Notes: generated from the letters alone by a model not told the origin. DNA of 64,000 bases from an uncultured bacterium (GCA_963705505.1 CAVPJU010000001.1:128001-192000); one strand, 5' to 3'. Shown: positions 1 to 11,220, numbered from the stretch's first letter. Numbers and translations: made by a program.

Positions 1-175
1 CGACTTGAGGAACTGCCGGACCTAGTGGGAATTTTATTAATTTCCAGCCCGGCTGGTTGCCCTTCCATTCTATTCTATAGTCCGACAAATGCGTTTTATT
101 GACTGTTAGAGGTGGGATTCGCGGTCGTCTGTGCCTGTCCATACTGGAAAAGGTTAGGGTAATGAAGAGATTGAT

Positions 176-1930
176 ATGAAAGAGCAGAGAGTCAGCGCGC
201 AGATGGGCGACATATTGATCAAGGAAGACGTAATAAACCTTGATCAATTGAAAACCGCGATACAGGAACAAAAGGAAACGGGGAAAAGGTTGGGGGAGAC
301 TCTCCTCAACCTGGGCTATATCGACGAGCACCAGCTGGTCGCATACCTGAGCAAGCAATACGGAGTACCCGCTATAAACCTTGACCAGTTCGAAATTTCT
401 TTAGATATTCTGAGAGCGATTTCCAGAGAAACTGCAATCAAACACAAACTTATCCCGATAAACAAGTCCGGTTCTACGCTTGTTGTAGCGATGTCCGATC
501 CGTCAAATATCTTTGCTGTCGATGACCTCAAGTTTGCCACCGGGAACAACATCGAAGTCGTGGTAACTTCCGAACGGTCCATAAGAAACGCAATCGAGAG
601 GTTCTACGGTTCACAGAAGGAATGGGAGGACGCGCGGAAAGCGCAGGAGAGCACTGCCGCTGTGGATAAGCTCATGGGAGATCTTGACGACTTCCTGATC
701 GAGCTCAGCGGGGAAGAGAATATAGATATTAACGATCTGGAGAAGGCGTCCGAAGAAGCTCCGGTTATAAAACTGGTCAACCATCTGCTGATGGACTCGA
801 TAAGAAAAGGGGCGAGCGATATACATATCGAGCCTTACGAGAAGGAGCTCCGGGTCAGATACAGGATCGACGGAGTTCTTTACGATATTATGCACCCGCC
901 ATTAAAGCTCAAGAACGCCGTATCATCGAGGATAAAGGTAATGTCGAGCCTCGACATCGCGGAAAGGAGGCTTCCTCAGGACGGCCGCATCAAGGTGAAG
1001 CTCGGTAAGCAGAAGGCAATGGAATACCGTGTTTCCGTGGTTCCGACGCTATTCGGAGAAAAGGTAGTTATGAGGATCCTGGACAAGGAGTCGCTGCAGC
1101 TCGACCTGACCAAGCTCGGGTTTTATGAGGAACAGCTGGAGGTGTTCAGGAGATCTATATACCAGCCTTACGGCATGGTATTGATTACGGGTCCTACGGG
1201 AAGCGGTAAAACTACGACGCTTTATTCGAGCCTTATGGATTTGAACCAAGCCGATGTAAACATATCGACCGCCGAAGACCCCGTGGAGTACAGTCTGCCG
1301 GGAGTAAATCAGGTACAGATCCACGAAGAGATAGGTCTCACGTTCGCTTCCTGTCTAAGATCGTTTTTGAGACAGGACCCGGACATCATCCTTGTAGGTG
1401 AAATCAGGGATTACGAGACCGCGGAGATAGCTATAAAGTCAGCACTGACCGGGCACCTCGTTCTTTCGACACTTCATACGAACGACGCCCCGTCTACTAT
1501 AACGAGGCTGCTCAATATGGGTGTCGAGCCTTTTCTCGTAACTGCGTCTCTTAACGCCATAGTGGCACAGCGCCTTGTAAGGGTCGTTTGTCCCGAGTGT
1601 AAGCATGAGACCGAAGTCGCGCCCCAGGTGCTCATTGATCTCGGAGTTCCTCCCAAAGAGGTCGCCGATTACGTGGTTTATAAAGGCACCGGCGAAGGGT
1701 GCAAGTTGTGTTCCGGGACGGGTTACAAGGGCAGGCTCGCCGTGTTCGAGGTTATGGAATTAAACGACGAGCTCAAGGAATTCATCCTGAGCGGTGCCTC
1801 CGCACTCGAAATCAAGCGTGAGGCGATCAGGCAGGGTATGAAAACTCTGAGGCTAAGCGCTCTTCAGAAGCTGAAGCAGGGCATAACCTCTATTGAAGAG
1901 GTCGTGCGGAATACCGCAGCCGACGATTAA
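176..1930 (+). CDS. pilB: Type IV pilus extension ATPase PilB with N-terminal MshEN domain
   Basis: Walker A GPTGSGKTT, AEDPVEY, LRQDPDIILVGEIRD, TLHTND, Cys4 site (CPEC...CKLC); first gene of pilB-pilT-pilC. Confidence 0.95.
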   Translation: MKEQRVSAQMGDILIKEDVINLDQLKTAIQEQKETGKRLGETLLNLGYIDEHQLVAYLSKQYGVPAINLDQFEISLDILRAISRETAIKHKLIPINKSGSTLVVAMSDPSNIFAVDDLKFATGNNIEVVVTSERSIRNAIERFYGSQKEWEDARKAQESTAAVDKLMGDLDDFLIELSGEENIDINDLEKASEEAPVIKLVNHLLMDSIRKGASDIHIEPYEKELRVRYRIDGVLYDIMHPPLKLKNAVSSRIKVMSSLDIAERRLPQDGRIKVKLGKQKAMEYRVSVVPTLFGEKVVMRILDKESLQLDLTKLGFYEEQLEVFRRSIYQPYGMVLITGPTGSGKTTTLYSSLMDLNQADVNISTAEDPVEYSLPGVNQVQIHEEIGLTFASCLRSFLRQDPDIILVGEIRDYETAEIAIKSALTGHLVLSTLHTNDAPSTITRLLNMGVEPFLVTASLNAIVAQRLVRVVCPECKHETEVAPQVLIDLGVPPKEVADYVVYKGTGEGCKLCSGTGYKGRLAVFEVMELNDELKEFILSGASALEIKREAIRQGMKTLRLSALQKLKQGITSIEEVVRNTAADD

Positions 1931-1945
1931 GGGGAGGAGGTCAAT

Positions 1946-3046
1946 TTGTCGATAGCGATAGATAAACTATTAAAACTTGTGGTCGAAAACGGCGCTTCGG
2001 ACTTGCACATCACCGCAGGCGTGCCTCCGATGCTGAGGATCGACGGCAAACTCGTCCCCGTCAAACATCCCCCGTTAACACCTACCGACACGAAAGATAT
2101 TTGCTACGGCGTGCTGACGGATATGCAAAAACACCGGTTCGAGGAGAACTGGGAGCTCGATTTCTCCTTCGGAATGGAGAATCTGGGTCGGTTCCGCGGG
2201 AATATTTTCACACAGAAGGGCGCAGTGGCGGGGGCTTTCAGGCTCCTTCCGTTCGTTCTGAAAAGCTATCAGGATTTGGGACTCCCCGCTGTACTTGCGG
2301 ATCTTGCAAGGAGGCCCAGGGGGTTGATCGTAATAACCGGGCCTACGGGTTCGGGTAAGACGACGACTCTGGCCAGTGTTGTGGACCAGGTGAATAAGGA
2401 GCGTCATGAGCATATCGTTACGATCGAAGACCCTATCGAATACGTCTTCGACCATAAGAACTGTATAGTCAATCAGAGAGAGGTCGGCAGCGACACCAAG
2501 AGTTTCGCAAACGCCCTCAAAAGCGTCTTGAGAGAAGACCCCGACGTAGTGCTCATCGGGGAGATGAGGGACCTCGAGACGATCAAGATAGCGCTTACGC
2601 TATCAGAGACCGGACACCTCACTCTCGCCACGCTCCATACGAACACGGCCGTACAGACTATTAACCGAATAATAGACGTTTTCCCGCCCCATGAGCAGTC
2701 GCAGGTAAGGGCGCAGCTGTCATTCGTTCTCGAAGGGATACTCTGTCAGACGCTCATACCGAAGATAGGCGGCGGGCGCGTGCTCGCGGTCGAAGTGCTG
2801 ATACCCAACCCTGCGATCAGGAACCTCATCCGCGAGGATAAAGTACATCAGATTTATTCCCAGCAGCAGATCGGACAGGAAAAATGGAAAATGCAGACTC
2901 TTAACCAGAGCCTCACCGATCTGTATCTGAGGAGACTAATTACATTAGACGATGCGATCGGGAAATCTCAGGAGCCCGAAGAAATAAAGAGGATGATAAG
3001 CGAACGCTCTTCATCCGAGGGCGCGAAAGAACGGGTTATGAGGTAA
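1946..3046 (+). CDS. pilT: Type IV pilus retraction ATPase PilT
   Basis: GPTGSGKTT, EDPIE, LREDPDV, PilT-specific AIRNLIRE motif; TTG start after GGAGG. Confidence 0.95.
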   Translation: MSIAIDKLLKLVVENGASDLHITAGVPPMLRIDGKLVPVKHPPLTPTDTKDICYGVLTDMQKHRFEENWELDFSFGMENLGRFRGNIFTQKGAVAGAFRLLPFVLKSYQDLGLPAVLADLARRPRGLIVITGPTGSGKTTTLASVVDQVNKERHEHIVTIEDPIEYVFDHKNCIVNQREVGSDTKSFANALKSVLREDPDVVLIGEMRDLETIKIALTLSETGHLTLATLHTNTAVQTINRIIDVFPPHEQSQVRAQLSFVLEGILCQTLIPKIGGGRVLAVEVLIPNPAIRNLIREDKVHQIYSQQQIGQEKWKMQTLNQSLTDLYLRRLITLDDAIGKSQEPEEIKRMISERSSSEGAKERVMR

Positions 3047-3105
3047 TGAGTCTTGTACATAAAAATGATCGGAGATGTGATGAGTTATAAAGGGAGGAGC
3101 TGATA

Positions 3106-4320
3106 ATGCCGGTATTTGTATGGCAGGGAAGAATGGGGGGAACGGTTAAGAAGGGGGAAATGGATGCCCCCAGCAAGTCAGCTGTCCTTGCCCGTTTAAG
3201 GCAGATGCAGATCCAGCCCATTCCGAACAGGATAAAGGAGAAAGGGAAACTGTTCGGTTTAAGCTTGTCATTCGGCTCCGTATCCACGAGGGACCTTGTC
3301 GTATTCACGAGACAGCTCTCCACGATGATAGATGCGGGTCTTCCTCTCGTCAGGGCGCTCGATATTATCGCTTCCCAGCACCCGAACCAAAAATTCAAAC
3401 AGATTATTACGAGCGTGAAAGAAGATGTCGAGGCGGGCTCCACCTTTTCTGATTCTCTCGCCAAGCACCCTAAGGTCTTCAGTAACCTGTATACACAGCT
3501 GATCAAGGCGGGAGAGGCGGGCGGCGTGCTCGATGTGATTCTTCAGAGGCTGGCTAGTTATCTCGAAAAGATGGATTCCATAAAAAGAAAAATCAAAGGC
3601 GCTATGATTTATCCCGCAATAGTCATAAGCGTGGCGGTGCTCGTTCTGGCGATAGTTATAATATTCGTTGTCCCCGTATTCGCGGAGATGTTCAAGGATA
3701 TGGGAACGTCTCTGCCCGCCTTAACACAGGTGGTGGTCGATACCAGTTTCTTTGTGAGACAGAATATTCTTTATATTTTGATTGTGATTGCAATGATGAT
3801 TTTCCTCACGGGTTTCCTATATAATAAGTCATTCAGGGCGAGAAAAATTTTCGATGCCTTCTTACTCAAGCTGTGGCTCGTCGGGCCTCTAATGCTGAAG
3901 ACCATTATTTCGAGGTTCTGCCGCACTCTCGCCACACTCACGGCGGGCGGTATTGCCATACTGGACGGACTTGAGATCACTGCGAAATCCTCAGGAAACA
4001 TAATAACCGAAGAGGCAATTCTCGAAGCGAGGAAAAGCGTGAGCGAGGGGCAAACCCTGGCCGAGCCTCTGGCGACCAGGCCCAAGCTATTCCCCCCGAT
4101 GGTCGTTCAGATGATCTCCGTCGGCGAGCAGACCGGTGCACTCGAGGATATGTTGAATAAAATAGCCGACTTCTATGAAGAAGAGGTCGATATAGCGGTC
4201 GCCTCGCTGCTGTCCGCGCTCGAGCCTATTATGATAACGGTTTTAGGCGTTACGGTAGGTGTCATCGTTGTGTCTATGTATCTTCCGATGTTTAAGCTTA
4301 TATCGGCGATGTCGAATTAA
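3106..4320 (+). CDS. pilC: Type IV pilus platform protein PilC (GspF family)
   Basis: FTRQLSTMIDAGLPL, AGEAGG, VGEQTG, MYLPMF; two GspF repeats. Confidence 0.95.
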   Translation: MPVFVWQGRMGGTVKKGEMDAPSKSAVLARLRQMQIQPIPNRIKEKGKLFGLSLSFGSVSTRDLVVFTRQLSTMIDAGLPLVRALDIIASQHPNQKFKQIITSVKEDVEAGSTFSDSLAKHPKVFSNLYTQLIKAGEAGGVLDVILQRLASYLEKMDSIKRKIKGAMIYPAIVISVAVLVLAIVIIFVVPVFAEMFKDMGTSLPALTQVVVDTSFFVRQNILYILIVIAMMIFLTGFLYNKSFRARKIFDAFLLKLWLVGPLMLKTIISRFCRTLATLTAGGIAILDGLEITAKSSGNIITEEAILEARKSVSEGQTLAEPLATRPKLFPPMVVQMISVGEQTGALEDMLNKIADFYEEEVDIAVASLLSALEPIMITVLGVTVGVIVVSMYLPMFKLISAMSN

Positions 4321-4434
4321 AGCTCTCAGTGATTAACGGTGCTTAACTTTCCCATATTCTTATGAATTCATTGAGTGACGGGGGCCTTTTAGGCTTGCCA
4401 CAATTCAACTGAAGGTATAGTCTTAATAGCATAT

Positions 4435-6075
4435 ATGAAAGTTCTCCAGGGCCCGGATACGGGGCTAAAAAGTTCTATAGTATTAAGGGTAATTTTCACA
4501 ACCGTCCTTCTCGGGTCGGGTGCGATCATATATTACGGAAGAGGCGCAAGGAAAGAAGCCTTCTACCTTGCCGTAATCGTAGCCGTCATTTACTTCACAA
4601 GCCTCGTTGCTCTTCTCCTGCAGCCTTTCTTCCAGCGATACCCCAAAATTTTTAAGATTACACAGCTTGTCTTCGATCTCGTTCTCGCTTCAATTGTGAT
4701 CTTCGTCACCGGCGGAAAGGCGAGTCCCTTTATATTCTTATATGTTCTGATAATTATTTATTCGAGCATAGTGCTTACAAAGGTGGCAAGCTACGTCACG
4801 GCCCTGGTTTCGGGTCTTATCTATGTATTGATCGTGTTTTATCAGCTTCGGAACGAACTACCGCTCCCGTCTGGTCAGAGTTTCTTGAGCTCGATGTCTC
4901 AATGGGGGGAAATAGGGCTTGTTTCGACATATTTTCACCTGACCGGATTCCTCCTCGTCGCAATCCTTGCGGGTTATCTTTCCGAGAGGTTCAGGACTGC
5001 GGGCAGAGAGCTCGGTGAAAGCGAAAGAAGCTTGCGCATCCTTCAGAATCTCCATGAGAATATCCTTCAGAGTCTCACGAGCGGTGTAATTACCTTAAAC
5101 CTCGACGGGAAGATTATTTCGGCCAACAGGACCGGGCTTGAAATTCTGGGCATAAAGAGTGAAGATAAGATATTAGGCAAGGATTTAAGCCATTTCATGT
5201 CGGGACTCCATCTCGAAGACCTCGTATCGAAGAAGAGGGAGCAGATGCTGTACTCGGCGCCCGACGGCAGAAAACTTACGCTCGGTTTTTCCACTTCCGA
5301 TCTCAAAGATACCGAAGAAAAAACCCAGGGGTACATAATCATATTCCAGGACCTGACGGAGGTGAAGCAGCTGGAAGACCGTCTGATGACATCTGAAAAA
5401 ATGGCGCTTCTCGGTCAGCTCGCTGCCGGTCTGGCCCACGAGCTCAGGAATCCCCTTTCCGCAATAAGCGGCGCGGTCGAAATCCTCAGCAGCGACGTAA
5501 AACCGACCGAGGACAATCTGAGGCTCGTCAGGATGGCGTCTCAGGAGGTGGATAGGCTTAATCTGCTTGTGGAGGATTTTCTCATTCTTACGATGCCCAT
5601 TCAGAAGCTGACTACCCTGGTCGACCTCGGACGGATCATTTCCGACACTATAGAATCATTCACGAAAACGATAAGGCGCGGCAACATTGAAATCCTGAAC
5701 CAGGTCGAAAAGGGCATATACGTACAGGCGGATTCCTACCGGCTTAAACAGGCGATGTGGAACCTGCTCCTTAATTCCGTGGACGCAATGCCAATCGGCG
5801 GTCTCATTATAATTAAGTCTAAAACCGAAGATAATAATGTGGTGATAGAGATATCGGACGAGGGTAAAGGCATAGATGAGAATTTCATATCCAGGATTTT
5901 CGATCCGTTTTTTACTACGAAGGAAGTGGGCACCGGACTCGGTCTTGCAATTGTACAAAAAGTTATAGAAGGTTATAATGGAAAGATTAACGTGGTGAGT
6001 TCGCGGGGGAACGGAGCGACTTTTGTTATCACATTGCCAAGATTTGAAGAGGTTCCGGCCGATTCTATACATTGA
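4435..6075 (+). CDS. pilS: Sensor histidine kinase PilS (multi-TM, PAS, HisKA, HATPase)
   Basis: About 6 TM segments, AHELRNPL H-box, FDPFFTTK, GTGLGL; lies between pilC and pilR. Confidence 0.85.
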   Translation: MKVLQGPDTGLKSSIVLRVIFTTVLLGSGAIIYYGRGARKEAFYLAVIVAVIYFTSLVALLLQPFFQRYPKIFKITQLVFDLVLASIVIFVTGGKASPFIFLYVLIIIYSSIVLTKVASYVTALVSGLIYVLIVFYQLRNELPLPSGQSFLSSMSQWGEIGLVSTYFHLTGFLLVAILAGYLSERFRTAGRELGESERSLRILQNLHENILQSLTSGVITLNLDGKIISANRTGLEILGIKSEDKILGKDLSHFMSGLHLEDLVSKKREQMLYSAPDGRKLTLGFSTSDLKDTEEKTQGYIIIFQDLTEVKQLEDRLMTSEKMALLGQLAAGLAHELRNPLSAISGAVEILSSDVKPTEDNLRLVRMASQEVDRLNLLVEDFLILTMPIQKLTTLVDLGRIISDTIESFTKTIRRGNIEILNQVEKGIYVQADSYRLKQAMWNLLLNSVDAMPIGGLIIIKSKTEDNNVVIEISDEGKGIDENFISRIFDPFFTTKEVGTGLGLAIVQKVIEGYNGKINVVSSRGNGATFVITLPRFEEVPADSIH

Positions 6076-6095
6076 CCCCTTTCCGGAGGTATTAA

Positions 6096-7514
6096 ATGGG
6101 GCAGAATGACAACACCATTTTAGTTGTTGATGACGAACCGGGCATGAGGGAGTTCCTGGAAATCATGCTCCAGAAGGACGGTTACAACGTTGAAACCGCT
6201 GCCGACGGTCCGGAAGCTATCGATAAAATTGAAGAGAAGCTCTTCGATTTGGCCATTGTAGACATACAGATGCCCGTATTGAACGGGATCGAAGTACTAA
6301 AGAAATTTAACGAAAAGAGTCCCGACACTACAGTAATAATGATCACCGCCTACGCCTCGCACGAAACCGCCATAGAGGCGATGAAGCTCGGGGCATACGA
6401 TTATATAACCAAGCCTTTTAAGATCGACGAGATAAAGCTGGTAATAAAGAAAGCGCTTGAGAAGAAGAAGCTTGAGCGTGAGAATACCAGGTTAAGAAAG
6501 GAATTAGAGACACAGTACGGTTTCGGAAATATCATCGGCAGAAGCCCGTCCATTGTAAAAGTCTTCGAGCTAATAAAGAGGGTGGCCGAGCTGAACGTGA
6601 ACATACTCATCACAGGCGAGAGCGGTACGGGGAAGGAGCTCGTCGCCAGAGCCATTCATTATAGCGGCACGAGACACGAAAGACCGTTTGTTCCCGTAAA
6701 CTGCGGGGCTATTCCGGAAACCCTCATGGAGAGCGAGCTCTTCGGGTATAAAAAGGGCGCGTTCACGGGGGCGGCAAGGGATAAGCGGGGTCTCTTCGAG
6801 GAAGCTAACGGCGGCACTATTTTCCTCGATGAAATCGGAGACCTGCCGCTTCACCTCCAGGTCAAGCTGCTGAGGGTCCTCGAAGAGAAGAAAATCAGGC
6901 CTCTCGGCGGTACGGAGGCCACAAATGTGGATGTAAGGGTAATAGCCGCTACGAATAAAAAGTTGGAAGACGAAGTCACGAACGGGAAGTTCAGGGAAGA
7001 CCTCTTTTATCGTCTGAATGTTATAAAAATCGTACTCCCGCCTCTCAGAGAAAGGAAGATCGACGTCTCTCCGCTCGCCATACATTTCATAAACAAGTAT
7101 TCGCTCGAAATGGACAAGGATATCCGCGGTATTTCCCCGAAGGCGCTTGAAATCCTCGAGAACTATCATTACCCGGGCAACGTGAGGGAGCTTGAGAATA
7201 TAATAGCGCGATGCGTGGCGCTCGAGTCATCGAACGTTATCCGTCAGGAGACCCTGCCTCAGCTGGTTACGGGGAGGGATTATCTCGACCTCGATACGAG
7301 CTTCGCCTCGAATTCGAGCCTCGACACGCTCCTGGGCGATGTGGAGAAAAAGATGATAGAGAAAGCGCTCAGAACCACTAACGGAAACAAGACCGAAGCC
7401 GCGAGGCTCCTGGGCATAACGCTCCGCTCGCTGAGGTACAGGCTTGCCAAACACGAGCTTGACGACGAGAACGGGGACGAAGAGGAAGATATCGACGAGG
7501 CCGGGGAGCGTTAA
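6096..7514 (+). CDS. pilR: Sigma54-dependent response regulator PilR
   Basis: Receiver domain, [14 protein letters not shown], Fis-type HTH ([12 protein letters not shown]). Confidence 0.88.
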   Translation: MGQNDNTILVVDDEPGMREFLEIMLQKDGYNVETAADGPEAIDKIEEKLFDLAIVDIQMPVLNGIEVLKKFNEKSPDTTVIMITAYASHETAIEAMKLGAYDYITKPFKIDEIKLVIKKALEKKKLERENTRLRKELETQYGFGNIIGRSPSIVKVFELIKRVAELNVNILITGESGTGKELVARAIHYSGTRHERPFVPVNCGAIPETLMESELFGYKKGAFTGAARDKRGLFEEANGGTIFLDEIGDLPLHLQVKLLRVLEEKKIRPLGGTEATNVDVRVIAATNKKLEDEVTNGKFREDLFYRLNVIKIVLPPLRERKIDVSPLAIHFINKYSLEMDKDIRGISPKALEILENYHYPGNVRELENIIARCVALESSNVIRQETLPQLVTGRDYLDLDTSFASNSSLDTLLGDVEKKMIEKALRTTNGNKTEAARLLGITLRSLRYRLAKHELDDENGDEEEDIDEAGER

Positions 7515-7549
7515 ATCCGAGTTTAAAAGTTGGATGCAGTATTCCTGAA

Positions 7550-8026
7550 TTACATCTTATACTTGCCGAAATCGCCTTCCGGAAGCTTATCCAGAAGTTC
7601 CGCCAATTTATCCTTATCCTCGTCTATCTCGATTTTCTTCGATTTCTCGATGACCTCTTCATTGACGAATATCGGGGAATCGGTCCTGAGCGCTATTGCG
7701 ATTGCATCGCTCGGCCTTGAATCGAGCGAGTATTCTTCGTTTTCCCTTTTGAGATAGATACGGGCATAGAAAGTATCGTCGCGGAGGTCCGTGACTTCTA
7801 TCTTCGTCACGATGAATTTGAGCTTCTCAAGAAGATTCTTCACCAGATCATGGGTGATCGGCCTTATCCTCGGGGTCTTCTCGAGCTCCATGGCGATGGA
7901 GCTCGCTTCCATAAACCCTATCCAGATCGGAAGGGTCTTTTCGTTCGCTGCGTCCTTTAAAATTACAATAGGCGTGTTTGTGAACGGATCAAGCGCTATC
8001 CCGGATACCTTCATAAGAAGAAACAT
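7550..8026 (-). CDS. Bifunctional nuclease family protein (DUF151)
   Basis: LPIWIG, RPITHDL, DSRPSDAIAIALR motifs; downstream of miaB. Confidence 0.9.
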   Translation of the reverse strand: MFLLMKVSGIALDPFTNTPIVILKDAANEKTLPIWIGFMEASSIAMELEKTPRIRPITHDLVKNLLEKLKFIVTKIEVTDLRDDTFYARIYLKRENEEYSLDSRPSDAIAIALRTDSPIFVNEEVIEKSKKIEIDEDKDKLAELLDKLPEGDFGKYKM

Positions 8027-8045
8027 AGGTCACCTCCCTATTACA

Positions 8046-9353
8046 TTATACCGATACTTCGCCGCGAATGGAATTGAAAAGGCCTTCCGTGATTCTTACC
8101 TTGACTATTTTCCCTGACAGCTCGCTAGTCCCTCTGAAGTGTGTGATCCTGTTGTGGCTTGTCCTTCCCGTGAGGGTTCCCGGATCGTTCTTGCTCTGTC
8201 CCTCGACGAGCACTTCTTCCAGCTGTCCGACCCTCTCGCGGTTCTTCCTGAGAGTAATATCCCTCTGAAACGACTGGAGCAGGGACAACCTTCTGCCGGC
8301 GGTATCCTCGTCTACGACCTCGTCTCCGGGACGGTTCGCCGCCGGGGTGCCCGGCCGCGGGGAAAATTTAAAGGAGAACGCGCTGTCGAACCCGATCTCC
8401 TCGAGTAAAGACATCGTGTCCATAAAATCCCGGTCGCTTTCGCCCGGATACCCTACGATGATGTCAGTCGATATTGCAATGTCGGGCACTGCGTCCCTTA
8501 GTCTATTGACGGTCTCCGAATACCATTCCCTGGTATATGTCCTTTTCATCCTGCCGAGAATCAGGTTCGACCCGGACTGGACGGGGAGGTGTATGTGGCG
8601 GCATACTTTCGGCACGTCCCTCAGCGCTTCTATCATTTTGCCCGTGATGTCCCTCGGGTAGGAAGTCGTGAACCGTATCCTGTCGAGGTTTTCTACCTCT
8701 GCCGCCGCTCTCAGCAGGTCGCCGAATTTATACCCGTTCTCTTTCCATGAGTTGACGGTCTGCCCGATGAATGTGACTTCGCGGACACCCTTACTCACGA
8801 GACTCCTCGTTTCCTTTAATATTTCCTCAAGCGGTCTGTTTACCTCATCGCCCCTGACATAGGGGACTATGCAGTACGAGCACCTTTTATTGCACCCCTG
8901 CTGTACCGAAACGAATGCCGTAACCTTTCCTTCGCTGTGATAGGGCTCGATATCGAATAGCTCCTCTATGTCGTAGGAAGTCTCTACAGGTCTCTGCTTC
9001 TCCCTTTCTATCCTGGAAATGAGGTCGGGCAGCCTCGGGATCGCCCTCGGGCCCAATACGAAATCGAGGTGCGGGATTTTATTAAGGAGCTTGTCTCCGT
9101 AGAGCTGCGCCACGCAGCCGGAGATACCCAGGATAAGATCGGGGTTTCTCTTCTTTAAATGCTTATACTTTCCCAGACTGCTGAATGCCTTCTGATCGGC
9201 TTTTTCCCTTATGGCGCATGTGTTAATTATGATAATGTCCGCTTTTTCGGGTTTATCCGTCGCCTCGGCGTCGAGGGCGTTTCGGAGCCTGTCCGAATCA
9301 TATTCATTCATCTGACATCCGTAGGTTTCTATATATAAATACTTATTTTTCAT
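8046..9353 (-). CDS. miaB: tRNA-2-methylthio-N6-dimethylallyladenosine synthase MiaB
   Basis: YIETYGCQMNEYDS, radical SAM CNKRCSYC, HLPVQSGS, FSPRPGT, C-terminal TRAM domain. Confidence 0.93.
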   Translation of the reverse strand: MKNKYLYIETYGCQMNEYDSDRLRNALDAEATDKPEKADIIIINTCAIREKADQKAFSSLGKYKHLKKRNPDLILGISGCVAQLYGDKLLNKIPHLDFVLGPRAIPRLPDLISRIEREKQRPVETSYDIEELFDIEPYHSEGKVTAFVSVQQGCNKRCSYCIVPYVRGDEVNRPLEEILKETRSLVSKGVREVTFIGQTVNSWKENGYKFGDLLRAAAEVENLDRIRFTTSYPRDITGKMIEALRDVPKVCRHIHLPVQSGSNLILGRMKRTYTREWYSETVNRLRDAVPDIAISTDIIVGYPGESDRDFMDTMSLLEEIGFDSAFSFKFSPRPGTPAANRPGDEVVDEDTAGRRLSLLQSFQRDITLRKNRERVGQLEEVLVEGQSKNDPGTLTGRTSHNRITHFRGTSELSGKIVKVRITEGLFNSIRGEVSV

Positions 9354-9469
9354 GTACTTAACAATGTAACGCTCGCGCCAGTCTTAGTCAAGAAAGCTTT
9401 AGTGGTGCAAATATGCGTAAGATACAGTAAATTTTATATTTAGGGGGAGGTTTGAAATCCACTTTCGGA

Positions 9470-9498
9470 TTGACACAATGGTGGAAATTTAGTAGGAT
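9470..9498 (+). promoter_or_regulatory. Putative sigma70 promoter of the MFS gene
   Basis: TTGACA-17 nt-TAGGAT about 40 nt upstream of the ATG. Confidence 0.55.
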
Positions 9499-9539
9499 GG
9501 AGGAAACTATAACCTGAACAGGTCATAGGGGGCGTCAAT

Positions 9540-10880
9540 ATGAGCGATAGCGATCCCCGGGTTTCGGCTGTAAAGCCCGGTCTATTCAGCTGGTATAAGG
9601 ATATTAACTCCGAGCAGTGGAAGGCTTTTATAGCGGCTTTATTAGGCTGGACACTCGATGCGATGGACTTACTGCTCTTCGCTTTTGCAGTCGGGTCTAT
9701 CGGAAAGATATTTCACCTCTCTGAAACATTGGTGGGCGCACTGTTCTCCGTCACTCTGTTCTCTTCAGCTTTCGGAGGGGCGGTATTCGGCATTATTTCC
9801 GACTACATAGGGAGAGTGAAGGCTCTTACATATACAATATTAATATATTCCGCATTTACGGGCATCAGCGCTTTTTCTCCGAACGTTGCTTTTCTTCTAG
9901 GCTGCCGTTTACTCCTCGGGCTCGGTATGGGTGGAGAATGGGCTTCCGGGGAAGTGCTTGTCGCAGAGAAATGGCCCAAGGAACACAGGGGGAAAGGCAT
10001 CGGAATGGTTCAGAGCGGGTGGGCCATCGGATACATATTGGCTGCAATACTCGCGACGATGATTATCCCTTACTTTAAAGAGGGTGTTACATACACAATA
10101 CCCCTCCTCGGTCTAAAGCTCGACGGTCTTGACCTGGGTTGGAGGCTCCTCTTCCTTGTCGGAGTTACGCCGGCATTCCTGGTTTTTTACATAATTAAGC
10201 ATATTGAAGAGCCGGATGTGTGGAAAAAAACGAATGACATGAGGAAAGAAGGAAAGCTGAGTGAGAAAGCGAAAGGCTTCACACTCGGCCAGATATTCGG
10301 TGCTGACCTACTGAGGTATACAATTACAGCTTCCATTCTGACGAGCTTTTGCATGATTGCTTACTGGGGACTCTATTTCTGGATTCCTCAGTTTCTCTCC
10401 AGTTCGAGGGGAGTGGGTCTCAATACAAAAGGGTTTATATGGATAATACCTATCAATATAGGTGCATTTATCGGTTGCAATACATTCGGCTTCATAAGCG
10501 ACAAGTTCGGGCGAAGACCCGTGTTTGTAGGGTATCTGCTGGTTATGGCTGTTCTCGTATGGTTCTTCGGTCACGCAAGGACTTTAACGGAAGTCCTTGT
10601 CCTCGGGCCGTTTGTAGGATTTTTCGGGACCGGGTTTTATTCCGGGTTCGGAGCTATATTTTCCGAGATATTCCCGACAAGTGCCAGAGGGACCGCACAG
10701 GGGTTCTGTTACAATGTCGGAAGGGGAGTGTCTGCTGTCGCCCCTCCGCTCATAGGTTACCTTGTGGATAAATATAGTTTTGCAATCGGACTTACTACGG
10801 TTTCGATTTTTGCTGTCGCCGCGGCGATCGTGGTTTTGACCCTCCCCGAGACCAAGGGTAAAGCTTTGGATATCGAATGA
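9540..10880 (+). CDS. MFS transporter (organic/aromatic acid:H+ symporter-like)
   Basis: About 12 TM segments, GWTLDAMD, SDYIGR, GLGMGGEW, SDKFGRR, LPETKGK. Confidence 0.9.
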   Translation: MSDSDPRVSAVKPGLFSWYKDINSEQWKAFIAALLGWTLDAMDLLLFAFAVGSIGKIFHLSETLVGALFSVTLFSSAFGGAVFGIISDYIGRVKALTYTILIYSAFTGISAFSPNVAFLLGCRLLLGLGMGGEWASGEVLVAEKWPKEHRGKGIGMVQSGWAIGYILAAILATMIIPYFKEGVTYTIPLLGLKLDGLDLGWRLLFLVGVTPAFLVFYIIKHIEEPDVWKKTNDMRKEGKLSEKAKGFTLGQIFGADLLRYTITASILTSFCMIAYWGLYFWIPQFLSSSRGVGLNTKGFIWIIPINIGAFIGCNTFGFISDKFGRRPVFVGYLLVMAVLVWFFGHARTLTEVLVLGPFVGFFGTGFYSGFGAIFSEIFPTSARGTAQGFCYNVGRGVSAVAPPLIGYLVDKYSFAIGLTTVSIFAVAAAIVVLTLPETKGKALDIE

Positions 10881-11092
10881 GATCATAGATTCACGGCGCC
10901 TCCCCCTCGTGGATTCTTAAAGTGGCATTGTAAAACGCAAGAGTCTTCCTCCATCTCGTTTGTTTTTCGCAATGAGACGCATCTTCTATACATGCCGACG
11001 ATTAAATTTTCGGATGCCAGATTCGCATTATTATCGTGGACGGGTTGGGTTATTTCGTCGAATATAATATATGCCTTAAAATCAAACTTAAG

Positions 11093-11109
11093 TGCTTAAT
11101 AACTAAGCA
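11093..11109 (+). promoter_or_regulatory. Palindromic enhancer, NtrC-like bEBP binding site
   Basis: TGCTTA-N5-TAAGCA, same geometry as NtrC TGCACC-N5-GGTGCA, about 110 bp upstream of a sigma54 motif. Confidence 0.55.
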
Positions 11110-11220
11110 TTTAGACCGATTTGTCACCCTCTCGCCGACGGCTTGGCAGTTCCTAAATAATTCAAAGATAATGGGCGGAAACGGATAAAATTCCATTCGA
11201 ACATGCATGAAATTTCCGCA

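Noticed and set aside
1..40. 3' end of an upstream CDS (RLEELPDLVGILL*)
   Set aside because: Plausible but too short to support a call.
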